Assembly: GCA_965195285.1 (NCBI GenBank)
Contig: CBDAFS010000031.1
Span: 96,001-160,000, forward strand
Source of the DNA: an uncultured Aminicenantes bacterium
GTDB taxonomy: Bacteria > Acidobacteriota > Aminicenantia > UBA2199
Length of the DNA stretch: 64,000 nt
Reading direction: 5' to 3'
The notes beneath the pieces are model-generated. The model saw only the letters and a list, made by a program, of their open reading frames with translations. It ran no database searches and was not told where the DNA came from. Within the stretch, counting starts at the first letter, position 1, and the number at the start of each line of letters is the position of its first letter. Of the stretch, positions 40,450-50,524 are shown piece by piece. Both the position numbers and the translations under genes were made by a program.

Positions 40450-40848
40450 TTATCGGGTGCAGACCCAAGTACCTGGGGTGCCTTCCTCATCCAGGGTTCC
40501 GTTCATGGTATTGTCTGTGGTTATGGTTCCGGTGCAGATGTCGGTTACATCAGCACTGGGCCAGTAAACCGTCCAATTAACCGTTGAACCACTGACCGTA
40601 TAAGTCCCAGGACCTGTATAGGTACCGGTTGTCCAGTCCGGGCTTACCGTACAGGTTACCGCTCCGGAAGTATCGGATCCGGCAAAAGTAATCGTACCAG
40701 TATAGGTCCAGGTGCCCGAATAGGTCATGGTGATATTCCAGTTTCCGAGAATACTGAAGGTGTCTTCCTCTTCACTGGTTTTACATGACGTGTTGAATGT
40801 CAAAAAAGCAAAAAGTAGCATACAAATCCAAATTGATGTTTTTTTCAT
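40450..40848 (-). CDS. Small Thr-rich beta-barrel lipoprotein
   Basis: GGAGG RBS, signal peptide ending NTSC, ILGNW motif, Thr/Gly/Trp-rich beta strands. Confidence 0.7.
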   Translation of the reverse strand: MKKTSIWICMLLFAFLTFNTSCKTSEEEDTFSILGNWNITMTYSGTWTYTGTITFAGSDTSGAVTCTVSPDWTTGTYTGPGTYTVSGSTVNWTVYWPSADVTDICTGTITTDNTMNGTLDEEGTPGTWVCTR

Positions 40849-40989
40849 GATAACCTCCGCTCTGTTTTTACTATATGGGAAATTGAAAGTCAACCTCAAT
40901 TCATTTAAATATACCTATTTTGGTCAAGATTAGAATTTTATCCGATAAGGTTACTACCGGGGTGTTATAATTACTCTATTTTTCAAATT

Positions 40990-41328
40990 CTAAATATTCA
41001 GAATCGAACCTTCTTTGATGATGATCATTTTTCGTTTTATGGGGAAAAATAGAAAATAAAAAACTCGGTGATAATGAACTTCGACACGAAAAGTACCCGC
41101 TTCCTTGTTTTCAGTGATGATGATGTCATCGGATTTTACACGTAGTCTGTCATCCCGGTAGATCCCCATTATCTTCTCTTTGAAGGCCTTTTCGCCTATG
41201 GTGTTGTAATCATTTAAAATGGTTCCTAAATTCAAATTTAAGCTGACTTTCTGGTTACTGTGATTAAACAATTGAATGGCTAAAAATACCAGGTAGATCA
41301 CCACCAAAATCAGAATAATCTTTTTCAT
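40990..41328 (-). CDS. Hypothetical membrane-anchored protein (DUF4845-like)
   Basis: N-terminal TM helix; VEVHY..V..LF C-terminal pattern. Confidence 0.6.
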   Translation of the reverse strand: MKKIILILVVIYLVFLAIQLFNHSNQKVSLNLNLGTILNDYNTIGEKAFKEKIMGIYRDDRLRVKSDDIIITENKEAGTFRVEVHYHRVFYFLFFPIKRKMIIIKEGSILNI

Positions 41329-41603
41329 GGTTAATCCTCTCTTTTCTCCTGGTTACACAATGCTTGTCTATATATTATATTAAATCATAATAAAAAAAAA
41401 TCAACTGGTATAACAAAATATGAAATGACCGACCGAACCACTATCCGGAATCCCCCGGATCCGTTTTGCCTATAGAGTATCGAAACAAAAGTCAATGGTT
41501 GCGGAATTCGGGAAACTTTTTGGCCGCTGAATCCGTTATTATAAATATGATAGGAGATTTGTATTTGTCTCCCCACTTATTCATTTTTAAAGGAGTGATA
41601 TCA

Positions 41604-42560
41604 ATGCTTTTACCCGAAAAAAGAATAATTGATTATCAAGTCAAATTTTTAAGCTGGTTTTTTCTGACATTCTTTCTGACTTCGAGCTGGATTTTTCCGG
41701 CCCGGGCTCTGACCGTTCCGTCCCGAACCTGGGGGATCTGTTTCGGGAATTCTCCCCGCTTTACCGGATTGCGCTTCAATTTTATCGACCGCAATATCCA
41801 GACTATCAACGGCATCAATCTAACCTTGTGGAAGCCTTCGGATAAACTGGCCAGCGGAACCGTAAACGGTTTTTCTCTGGGATTGATACCATATGCCAAT
41901 CATTTGAATGGGATTCAAATCGGGTTGCTAGGTGCGGGGGCCAAAGAAAACATCACCGGGATTACCATTGGTTTGATCGGTGCCGGTTGTGGTAGTGATA
42001 TGAAAGGCATTAACATCGGTGGAATCGGGGTGGGGGCCGGTGGCAGTATGGTCGGTCTCAATCTGGGCCTGGTGGGAGTCGGTGCCGGAGAGAATGTCAT
42101 CGGCATTAATATCGGTGGCCTGGGTGTCGGAGCAGGTCAGAATTTGATTGGTTTGAATATCGGCCTGCTGGGTGTGGGAGCCGGTGAAAATGTGACCGGG
42201 ATCACTATTGCCGGACTGGGAGCCGGTGCCGGAGAGAAATTGACCGGGCTGACCATCTGCGGGTTGGCGGCCGGTGCTCCAATGATTAAAGGAATTACCA
42301 TTGCCGGATTTGGACTTGGCGGAAAGTCCATATCCGGACTCTCAATTGCATTGGGAACGGTGCAGGTAACGGATGACGGCATCATCAGCGGCTTGAGCAT
42401 CAGTGCTTTCAATTATATCCGGGGTACCCAGAGAGGAGTGGCCATCGGTATTGTCAATTACGCCTACCGGTTGAAGGGATTGCAGATCGGACTGGTGAAC
42501 ATTGTCCGGGATAATCCCAAAGGAAGAGTGGTTCTTCCCATCATCAATTTTTGCTTTTGA
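41604..42560 (+). CDS. Secreted glycine-rich 16-aa-repeat protein (LA_2272-like surface repeat)
   Basis: AAGGAG RBS, signal peptide ending ARA, GLRFN, tandem xxGxxIGxxGxGAGxx repeats, GLQIGLVN...LPIIN tail. Confidence 0.8.
   Translation: MLLPEKRIIDYQVKFLSWFFLTFFLTSSWIFPARALTVPSRTWGICFGNSPRFTGLRFNFIDRNIQTINGINLTLWKPSDKLASGTVNGFSLGLIPYANHLNGIQIGLLGAGAKENITGITIGLIGAGCGSDMKGINIGGIGVGAGGSMVGLNLGLVGVGAGENVIGINIGGLGVGAGQNLIGLNIGLLGVGAGENVTGITIAGLGAGAGEKLTGLTICGLAAGAPMIKGITIAGFGLGGKSISGLSIALGTVQVTDDGIISGLSISAFNYIRGTQRGVAIGIVNYAYRLKGLQIGLVNIVRDNPKGRVVLPIINFCF
41905..42290 (+). repeat. About 8 degenerate 48-bp coding tandem repeats
   Basis: ITGITIGLIGAGCGSD / MKGINIGGIGVGAGGS / MVGLNLGLVGVGAGEN / VIGINIGGLGVGAGQN / LIGLNIGLLGVGAGEN / VTGITIAGLGAGAGEK. 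Confidence 0.8.
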
Positions 42561-42568
42561 CGGTTACT

Positions 42569-42724
42569 TCAGGTTTTATAAATTGTATTGACCCAGTTCC
42601 GGAACCAGGGAGGCTTTTCCAGGATCACATAGATCAGCAGGATGGCCATGAAGGGAATGGGAATAATCATATCAAATACGGCAAAAACGATCAGGAATAT
42701 CAAAAGAGTTGTTTTTAATTTCAT
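42569..42724 (-). CDS. Small membrane protein (51 aa)
   Basis: MKLKTTLLIFLIVFAVFDMIIPIPFMAILLIYVILEKPPWF; ATGA overlap with the methyltransferase stop, AAGGA RBS. Confidence 0.7.
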   Translation of the reverse strand: MKLKTTLLIFLIVFAVFDMIIPIPFMAILLIYVILEKPPWFRNWVNTIYKT

Positions 42725-43374
42725 CTTAATTTCCTTGTTTTTGATTCCGGTTGGCACAACCAGACGTTGCCGAAGCTCGAGGTGGGGAAAGATTTTTTGA
42801 TTTTCAGGCCGGCAGCACCAAATTCCGCTTCCCGGGAAGTGGAAATAAATTCGGGATAATTTGGGCCCTCGATCCATTCGATCAGGCGTACAAACCAGCC
42901 TCCCTCACAGCAGTAGTCAAAAATCACCACATATTCGGCGGCAATACGGGATATGTTATTCAAAATGGTTTTTCTGAATTCCGGGGAAAGTCCGTGGAGG
43001 AAGTAACCGGATGAAACAATCCCGAAACTAGTGGAGGGGATTTCAGGAAGGTCAACCAGGTCAAATTTTTTAAAATCGATCCGGGGAAATTTTTTTCTTG
43101 CCCTTTTCAGCAGTCGTTGCGAAAAGTCGAATCCGGTTACCGGGTGGCCCTGACGGGCAAAAGCTGCCGCCAGTATCCCGCTGCCCGTGGCCACATCCAG
43201 GACCGATAGTTCGGGGTGAAGCCCCAGTTTCCTGATGACTTCTTCATAGCGGGGAAACAGATGCCATTCGATCAGGGGATACAGAATGGCTGTCAAATTG
43301 AAAAAAATTTGGGCCCGCTTTCTTTCCGATAAAAAATCTTTGGTTTGACCCGGGTCCGGGTTGCCTTTTTTCAT
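42721..43374 (-). CDS. Class I SAM-dependent methyltransferase
   Basis: VLDVATGSG, VTGFDFS, YFLH, VIFDY. Confidence 0.9.
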   Translation of the reverse strand: MKKGNPDPGQTKDFLSERKRAQIFFNLTAILYPLIEWHLFPRYEEVIRKLGLHPELSVLDVATGSGILAAAFARQGHPVTGFDFSQRLLKRARKKFPRIDFKKFDLVDLPEIPSTSFGIVSSGYFLHGLSPEFRKTILNNISRIAAEYVVIFDYCCEGGWFVRLIEWIEGPNYPEFISTSREAEFGAAGLKIKKSFPTSSFGNVWLCQPESKTRKLR

Positions 43375-43438
43375 CCATCTATTTTGCCAAAAAACCGAAA
43401 AAAAGTAAAAGATAAATAGTAAATCCGACTTCTCTAAT

Positions 43439-43651
43439 TCATTTTGTACTTAATGACCACGGGATTGTAATGTATTTCCCGTTGTGATCAAATACATCCA
43501 CCAGGACCCGCTTCTGTGTATTCATGGCCGAAGTAACGACCATTAACTTTCTCTTGGTAAGACGCCTTTCTTTTAAAAAAAGTTTACCAGAAAGCAACCG
43601 GAATTTGAATATAAATGACCGGGATTTGATTTTTTCATCCCGACTTGTCAT
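43439..43651 (-). pseudogene. Remnant of a 6-bladed beta-propeller gene
   Basis: VVTSAMNTQKRVLVDVFDHNGKYI resembles the C-terminal blade (compare SIDIFSPQGKYL in 26066-27187); the rest is not family-like. Confidence 0.4.
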
Positions 43652-43705
43652 TAATTTAGAAATGGAATATAATCAATATGAGGACAGGGTAAAAGGAGGA
43701 ACAAG

Positions 43706-43810
43706 ATGCCCAAAGGAAGGGAAAAACCCAAATCCAGTGATAAGAAACCCCCAAAACTATCTTTAAAGGAAAAACGGAAAAAAAAGAAAGAAAAAAAAGA
43801 AAACAGATAA
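43706..43810 (+). CDS. Very small lysine-rich protein (34 aa), not in the ORF track
   Basis: AAGGAGG RBS then MPKGREKPKSSDKKPPKLSLKEKRKKKKEKKENR*. Confidence 0.7.
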   Translation: MPKGREKPKSSDKKPPKLSLKEKRKKKKEKKENR

Positions 43811-43820
43811 TCTCCTGCTA

Positions 43821-43895
43821 TCAGGGCAGGAACCAGTGGATGTAACGGCAGGTGTCGCACACGTAGTACCTGGCATTCCGGTTGGCCCAGTCCAG
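43821..43895 (-). pseudogene. 3' remnant of a small zinc-ribbon protein gene
   Basis: LDWANRNARYYVCDTCRYIHWFLP*; an in-frame TAA and no start codon upstream. Confidence 0.6.
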
Positions 43896-43972
43896 GGTTT
43901 TGCTGAATATTAAATCTTAAAGTCCGGTTTGTTTCGTTCCGGAGAATTCATTTTATTTCTGGAGGTAATCAA

Positions 43973-46540
43973 ATGAGATCAAAATTTGCTGTTTTACTGA
44001 TACTGTTAATGATCGTTCCCGTATTGGCAGTCGATACCGCCAAAGAAGCGGAAAAGGAAAAAACCATAGAGAACTGGCTGATGCTGGGTCCCGGTCCGGT
44101 GACGGGGCTGGAACAGGCGGTTTATAAATCGAACCGGGATATTGCCAATCACCGGTTTCTTGATATCTCCGCACTCTGGCCCCGGGCCGGCCAGGAGGTG
44201 GTCTGGAGCCATGGCCGGGTACTCCAATGGAATCCGGTTAACCAGTATAGCATTACCCCGACAGGCGATTCGCTCTATTATTTTGTCAGCTTTGTGGATG
44301 CCCATAAATTCCTGAAGGCCAGACTGGTGGTCAACGGAATCCATAAGGCCATGGTCAACCTGTACCTGAACGGCCAGGAGGTAAAGAAGCAATGTGACCA
44401 GAAAACCGGGAAGGTAACGGCAGACCTGACCCTGCTGAACAAAAAACATGTACTCCTGCTCAAGGTGTTTATCCCTCAAGGAGAAAACTTTATCCTGGAT
44501 GTCCGGGTGTCTGATGCCCGTCAGGTGGAATCCGGAGAGCTTGCTTTTTCAAATTCCCGGACCAGGCGGGTTGATTTCAACCAGATTTTGAAGGTGAAAG
44601 GCGTATACTCCCTGAAGGTCTCTCCTGACGGCCGGTATGTGGCGGTTTCGCTGGGGCAGACCGGACCGGATGGCAGCACCGGCCGCTGGATCGAGATCCT
44701 CAAAATCGCTGATGGCTCTAAAATCCTGACTACCGAAGGTCGGGGAAGTTTTTCCAATCTGACCTGGCTGAAAAACTCCAGGGGCTTTCTCTACAGTGTC
44801 GAGAGCAAAAAGAAAACCACCATCTATCAATACAACCTGCAGTCCGGGGAAAGAACAGCGGTCATCTCCGGAATCAAGGACCTTTCCAATTTTCGCCTGT
44901 CTCCGGACAACTCTTTTATCATGTACTGGACCTATAAGAAAAAAGACACGGGGAGTGGGTACAAGTATATCGAAACCATACCCGACCGGGCCGCTTCCGG
45001 GCGCTATGACTACGAACTGTGCCTCCGCTACCTGAGGGGGGGAGCCGCTCACAAGATTCGTTCCTTCACCGAAAACCTCTATTCGGTGATGATCAGCCCG
45101 GACAGCAGCAAGGTGCTCTTCTCCACCCTGGTCCCGGATCCCCGGAAAAGGCCCTATTACAAAAGTGTTTTCCATATATTGGATCTGAAAGACCATAGCA
45201 TTAAAAAGCTATTTGAAAGCAACCTGGTTTTTCCGGCCGCCTGGGCACCGGACTCCTCCCGGCTTTTGTTCACCGGAGGCCCGTCCTCATTCGGGGGGAT
45301 CAGTAATACCCTTAAGGAGGGTGTGATTCCCAACGAATACGACACCCAGGTGTTTATTTACGATATCGCCACCCGCAAGGCCAGCACCATCACCCGGGAT
45401 TTCACTCCCTCGGTGGAGGATGTGTTATGGAGCCAGTGGGACGGGAATATTTATCTGCGGGTCACGGATCGGTCCTTTATCAAATTGTACCGCTACCAGA
45501 CCAAACGGAATACCTTTAGCGAGATCCGGATGCCGGTAGAGGCGATCCGGCGTTTTGATGTTTCTTCCAGAGGAGGGTTTGCAGCCTTCTGGGGTTCCGG
45601 GGCTGCCAATCCCCACAAGCTTTACCGGGTGGACCTGTCCCGGCTGCGAGTGTCACTGCTGAAGGACTACAATGCCCGGTATTTTCGCCATATCCGGTTC
45701 GGAAAGGTGAAAGACTGGGATTACCGGACCCCGGAGGGGAAATACATCATTGGCCGTATCCATTATCCCCTGGATTTTGATGCCAGTAAAAAATATCCCT
45801 GCATTGTCTATTATTACGGCGGTACCTCGCCGGTGGAGAAAAGTTTCGGCGGCCGTTATCCCTTCAACTGGTATGCGGCCAACGGCTATGTGGTGTACGT
45901 GCTGCAGCCCAGTGGTGCCGTGGGTTTCGGCCAGGCCTTTTCAGCGTTGCATGTCAATGATTGGGGCAAGGTCACTTCCCGGGAGATCATCGGGGCTACC
46001 AGAGAGCTGATCAAGGCCCATCCCTATATCGATCCCCAACGGCTGGGGGCCATGGGTGCCTCTTATGGTGGTTTCCTGACCCAGTATCTGGCCACCCGGA
46101 CCGATATCTTCGCGGCCTTCATCTCCCATGCCGGTATCAGTTCCCTATCCAGTTACTGGGGAATTGGCGATTTTGGCTATACCTACAGCGGGGTAGCCAC
46201 AGCCGGAAGCTTCCCCTGGAACCGCCGGGATATCTATGTGGACCAGAGTCCGCTGTTCCTGGCTGACAAAATCACCACCCCCCTGCTGCTGCTTCACGGC
46301 GAAAAGGATAACAATGTGCCCCCGGGTGAGAGTTACCAGATGTTTGCCGCCCTGAAGCTGCTGGGCAAGGAGGTCGCCCTGGTAACCGTCAGCGATCAGG
46401 CCCACTGGATCATGAAATATGAAAAGCGGCTCCACTGGATGAAGACCATCATGGCCTGGTTTGACAAATGGCTCAAGGGGGAAACCCTTTACTGGGATGA
46501 CCTGTACGGAAAATACCAGACCAAAAAAGAGAAAAAATAA
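43973..46540 (+). CDS. S9 family (prolyl oligopeptidase/acylaminoacyl) peptidase, secreted
   Basis: Signal peptide, SPDG beta-propeller, GASYGG nucleophile, LLLHGEKDNNV, AHW. Confidence 0.93.
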   Translation: MRSKFAVLLILLMIVPVLAVDTAKEAEKEKTIENWLMLGPGPVTGLEQAVYKSNRDIANHRFLDISALWPRAGQEVVWSHGRVLQWNPVNQYSITPTGDSLYYFVSFVDAHKFLKARLVVNGIHKAMVNLYLNGQEVKKQCDQKTGKVTADLTLLNKKHVLLLKVFIPQGENFILDVRVSDARQVESGELAFSNSRTRRVDFNQILKVKGVYSLKVSPDGRYVAVSLGQTGPDGSTGRWIEILKIADGSKILTTEGRGSFSNLTWLKNSRGFLYSVESKKKTTIYQYNLQSGERTAVISGIKDLSNFRLSPDNSFIMYWTYKKKDTGSGYKYIETIPDRAASGRYDYELCLRYLRGGAAHKIRSFTENLYSVMISPDSSKVLFSTLVPDPRKRPYYKSVFHILDLKDHSIKKLFESNLVFPAAWAPDSSRLLFTGGPSSFGGISNTLKEGVIPNEYDTQVFIYDIATRKASTITRDFTPSVEDVLWSQWDGNIYLRVTDRSFIKLYRYQTKRNTFSEIRMPVEAIRRFDVSSRGGFAAFWGSGAANPHKLYRVDLSRLRVSLLKDYNARYFRHIRFGKVKDWDYRTPEGKYIIGRIHYPLDFDASKKYPCIVYYYGGTSPVEKSFGGRYPFNWYAANGYVVYVLQPSGAVGFGQAFSALHVNDWGKVTSREIIGATRELIKAHPYIDPQRLGAMGASYGGFLTQYLATRTDIFAAFISHAGISSLSSYWGIGDFGYTYSGVATAGSFPWNRRDIYVDQSPLFLADKITTPLLLLHGEKDNNVPPGESYQMFAALKLLGKEVALVTVSDQAHWIMKYEKRLHWMKTIMAWFDKWLKGETLYWDDLYGKYQTKKEKK

Positions 46541-46708
46541 AACACGTAAAAAGTAAAATCTAAATGGTAAGGTTTCTTGTCCTGAATATAGATTTATATT
46601 TAAATTGAAAGAAAGAGAAAATTATATTATTTATTTGTTAGGAATAATATCACAATGATATGGAGAGTTAGAACATTAAGATAAAAATCAAAAATAAATA
46701 ACAAAAAA

Positions 46709-49700
46709 ATGAATGACTCAATAAAAATTTTTGTCATCATTTTGTTGATTTTATTTCTCAACTTATCTGCTCAACAACTACACATAAAAAATTATACAAC
46801 CGATAATGGTCTCCCATCATCACAAGTATGGTGCAGTTTACAGGACAGTAAAGGTTATATCTGGTTTGGAACATCTAATGGCCTGGTAAAATATAACGGG
46901 AAGAGATTTTTCACATACAAGGTCTCGGACGGACTTGTCAGTAGTGTTGTGCTGGCATTATTGGAAGAAAATGGTAATATCTGGATTGCAACTGATAACG
47001 GGATAAGCTGTTATAATGGTAAAAGTTTTACCAATCATATATCAAATAATGATTTAAATTTTGGAATAGTTTGGTGTATCTCAAAATTTCAGGGTTGTTT
47101 GTGGTTCGGAACAAAAAGACAGGGGTTGTTTAAATTTGACCCTGCCGGGGCTGAAGATAATGTTTTTTCAAATTATTCTGCAAAAGAAGGCTTATACCTT
47201 TCCAGTATTTTTTCCTTGGCTGCGGATGATAACCATTTGTGGATTGCCAATGCCCATACCGGATTATTCATGTATGATGGGAAAAATTTTTTAGATTATA
47301 CAAAAAGTTTTAACCTGGAAAATAAAACATTAACAAACTTATTAATAGTTGACTCTACATTACTGGTAGGAACGGCAAAGAATGGCTTATTCGAATTGGA
47401 TCTTAATAGATTGCCTGATAGAATGGCTAAATCAAAAAAAGTTGCCAACTACTTTCCTACTGATTACATTTATTACTTGGCAGCAAAAAAGGAAAACCTG
47501 TTTTTGGGAACTCGTGGTAGCGGTCTTATTCATTATAAAGACAGACCAATCAGGTATACAACGGCAAACGGTTTAATAAATAATTTCATTTATTCAATAT
47601 TAATAGACAAGGAAAATTCCGTATGGATTACCACCAACAAAGGAATCAGCAAAATTATTTCTCATAAATTTATAAAATATGTAGATAATATGTCGGTATT
47701 ATCTGCTTGTGAATTTAAGAGTGCAATCTGGCTGGGAACGTTTGAAAACGGTTTGATAAGAATAGAAGGTGATAAGATTACTACTTATAACCAAAATGGT
47801 TTCTTTAACCCCAGCCATATATGGGTGCTGGGTGTGTTCGATAACAAGCTGTGGATAGGGGGTATGAGTGGATTATATAGTTATGATGGTAATAAGTTTA
47901 AAAAATACAGAAGAAAAAATGGAATTGCTGAAGAAGGCGTATTAAGCCTCTTACCTACCGTGAAATCTTTGTGGGTTGGAACTGTAAATAAAGTATACAA
48001 ATTCGAACCTCATAAATTAAAAGATAAATTTTTAACTTATGGATCAGAAGACGGTCTAACCAACACCTATTTTCAGACTATCTGTCAGGATGGGAATAAA
48101 ATATGGGTTGGTTCCCCTGGCGGTGCCTTCTGTCTTGACCTAAAAGAGGGGGGGGGATTTAAAAAGTTCTCAAAAAAAGATGGGCTGTCTTCTAATTGTA
48201 TAAATGTGATTTTTAAGGACAACAAGGGAATATTATGGTTCGGAACTTCAAATGGGCTGAATAAATATGAACCAGACAAAGAAAAGAAATTTAGCGTTTA
48301 CACTATTGAAAATGGATTAAGTGACAATCATATAGTATCTATTATTCAAAAAGGTAAATATTTATGGCTCGGGACCAGTAATGGATTAAATAAATTTGAT
48401 GGCGAAAATGTCATAAAAATATTTACCCAGAAGAGTGGCTTAATTGGTAATGAGTCATCATCACCAAACGCAATGTTTCTTGACAGCAATAATCATATCT
48501 GGATCGGTTCTCCAAAAGGGGTAACAAAATATATTCCTGAGAATGATATTCCCAATAAAGTGCCTCCACCGGTATATATTGAGAATTTTTTTATGAATAA
48601 TTCACTGGTTGGTGATGAACAAGATCTTGAGTTTGAATATAAAAAAAACACAGTAAAATTTTCTTATATAGGTCTTTCCTTTCAAAATGAAGACGACGTG
48701 CGGTACAAATACAAATTAGAAGGATACGATAAAGAGTGGTCGGAAGTAACTGAAAAAGATGAAGTTAGATATACCAATTTAAATAACGGGACTTACACTT
48801 TCATGGTATTTGCTCGAAACGGGGATGGTTTTTGGTCAAAAACTCCGGCAGAAATATCTTTTAAAATACTTCCCCCTTTCTGGAAATCCTGGTGGTTTGT
48901 AATTATTGTGGCACTCATGCTGGTTGGGATAGTATATGTTGTTTTTATATTGAAGACCACTCAAATGAGGAATAGGGCAAAAAAGTTAGAGCAAAAAATT
49001 GATGAAAGAACAAAAGTGCTAAAGGACTCAGAAGAAAAATACAGAACATTAATTGAACATTCAAACGATATGATATGGACCCTGGACGAAAAGGGAAATT
49101 TCAGCTACTTTAACAAAAAGTCAGAAGAGATAACAGGCCACCAAATTGAAGAAGGGATCGGAGGGTCATTTGCTCCCATAATTCTTGAAGAAGATTTAGA
49201 AAAGGTTCAGAAGGTTTTTATTGGAGCAATGCAGGGAAAACCTCAACATTATGAAGTAAGAATTTATGACAGTAAAAAAAGAATATTATTTTTATCTGTA
49301 AATACCGCGCCCATTTTTAAAAACGGAAAGGTTATTGGAACTATTAGTTTTGGAAGAGACATAACGAAACAAAAGAAAATGGAGGAAGAACTTCTGAAAG
49401 CAAGCAAACTCGAATCACTCGGGATCCTTGCCGGGGGTATAGCTCACGATTTCAATAACACCCTTACTGCAGTTATTGGTAATTTATCACTGGCAAAATT
49501 ACAAGTAGATTCAAAAGACAAACTCAATAATACGTTGATGAAAATCGAAAAATCCTCACAGCAGGCAAGGGATTTAACTCAGCAATTACTAACTTTTGCC
49601 AGAGGTGGTACTCCGATTAAGAAAAAAATCTTTGTTAATGATTTGCTAAAAGATTCCGCTTCATTTGCCCTGCGAGGTTCCAATGTCAGATGTAAGTTTT

Positions 49701-50524
49701 TGATTTCTGATGATACATGGCCTGTGGAAGTTGATGAAGGACAGATTAGTCAAGTTATAAATAACCTAACTATGAATGCTGACCAGGCCATGCCAGCAGG
49801 AGGAGTATTAAATATATCTGCAGAGAATATAAGCATTGACATAGAAGAATCTCTTCCTATTAAAAAAGGAAACTATGTAAAAATAACCATCAAAGACATA
49901 GGCGCCGGTATACCGGATGACTGTATACAAAAAATATTTGATCCCTATTTCACAACAAAACAAGAGGGAAGCGGACTGGGGTTGACAATTACTTACTCAA
50001 TTATTAAAAAGCATAACGGGTATATTACTGTAAAATCAAAACCGGGAGTTGGAACAACATTTTTTGTTTATCTTCCGGCTTCTGAAGAAAAAGAACCATC
50101 AAAAGAAAAAAAGAAAAAAATACCACTTCAAGTTGGAAAAGGGAAAGTCCTGGTAATGGATGATGAAGAGTCGGTTAGAGATATTGCCGGGGAAATGCTA
50201 AAACATATTGGCTATACGGTGGAGTTTGCAGAAGATGGAAAAGAAGCTTTAAAACTATTCATGAAGGCTAAAGACTCCGGAGCTCCATACGAGGTTATGA
50301 TTTTAGATTTAACGGTAGCCGGTGGGATGGGAGGCAAGGAAACGATTAAGGAACTAAAAAAGATTGATCCCAACGTAAAAGCAATAGTATCCAGCGGTTA
50401 TTCGGATGATCCGGTTCTGTCAAATTTCAGAAAGTATGGTTTTTCAGAAGTAGTCTCAAAGCCATACACTATTCAAGAACTCAGCGCTGTATTGAATAAA
50501 GTTTATCAAAAAAAATCCATATGA
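46709..50524 (+). CDS. Hybrid sensor histidine kinase (propeller/Y_Y_Y - TM - PAS - HisKA - HATPase - REC)
   Basis: QDSKGYIWFGTSNGL blades, [37 protein letters not shown]. Confidence 0.95.
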   Translation: MNDSIKIFVIILLILFLNLSAQQLHIKNYTTDNGLPSSQVWCSLQDSKGYIWFGTSNGLVKYNGKRFFTYKVSDGLVSSVVLALLEENGNIWIATDNGISCYNGKSFTNHISNNDLNFGIVWCISKFQGCLWFGTKRQGLFKFDPAGAEDNVFSNYSAKEGLYLSSIFSLAADDNHLWIANAHTGLFMYDGKNFLDYTKSFNLENKTLTNLLIVDSTLLVGTAKNGLFELDLNRLPDRMAKSKKVANYFPTDYIYYLAAKKENLFLGTRGSGLIHYKDRPIRYTTANGLINNFIYSILIDKENSVWITTNKGISKIISHKFIKYVDNMSVLSACEFKSAIWLGTFENGLIRIEGDKITTYNQNGFFNPSHIWVLGVFDNKLWIGGMSGLYSYDGNKFKKYRRKNGIAEEGVLSLLPTVKSLWVGTVNKVYKFEPHKLKDKFLTYGSEDGLTNTYFQTICQDGNKIWVGSPGGAFCLDLKEGGGFKKFSKKDGLSSNCINVIFKDNKGILWFGTSNGLNKYEPDKEKKFSVYTIENGLSDNHIVSIIQKGKYLWLGTSNGLNKFDGENVIKIFTQKSGLIGNESSSPNAMFLDSNNHIWIGSPKGVTKYIPENDIPNKVPPPVYIENFFMNNSLVGDEQDLEFEYKKNTVKFSYIGLSFQNEDDVRYKYKLEGYDKEWSEVTEKDEVRYTNLNNGTYTFMVFARNGDGFWSKTPAEISFKILPPFWKSWWFVIIVALMLVGIVYVVFILKTTQMRNRAKKLEQKIDERTKVLKDSEEKYRTLIEHSNDMIWTLDEKGNFSYFNKKSEEITGHQIEEGIGGSFAPIILEEDLEKVQKVFIGAMQGKPQHYEVRIYDSKKRILFLSVNTAPIFKNGKVIGTISFGRDITKQKKMEEELLKASKLESLGILAGGIAHDFNNTLTAVIGNLSLAKLQVDSKDKLNNTLMKIEKSSQQARDLTQQLLTFARGGTPIKKKIFVNDLLKDSASFALRGSNVRCKFLISDDTWPVEVDEGQISQVINNLTMNADQAMPAGGVLNISAENISIDIEESLPIKKGNYVKITIKDIGAGIPDDCIQKIFDPYFTTKQEGSGLGLTITYSIIKKHNGYITVKSKPGVGTTFFVYLPASEEKEPSKEKKKKIPLQVGKGKVLVMDDEESVRDIAGEMLKHIGYTVEFAEDGKEALKLFMKAKDSGAPYEVMILDLTVAGGMGGKETIKELKKIDPNVKAIVSSGYSDDPVLSNFRKYGFSEVVSKPYTIQELSAVLNKVYQKKSI

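Noticed and set aside
41905-42290. Possible CRISPR array or VNTR
   Set aside because: Repeats are degenerate, in-frame 48-bp coding units with no unique spacers and no cas genes
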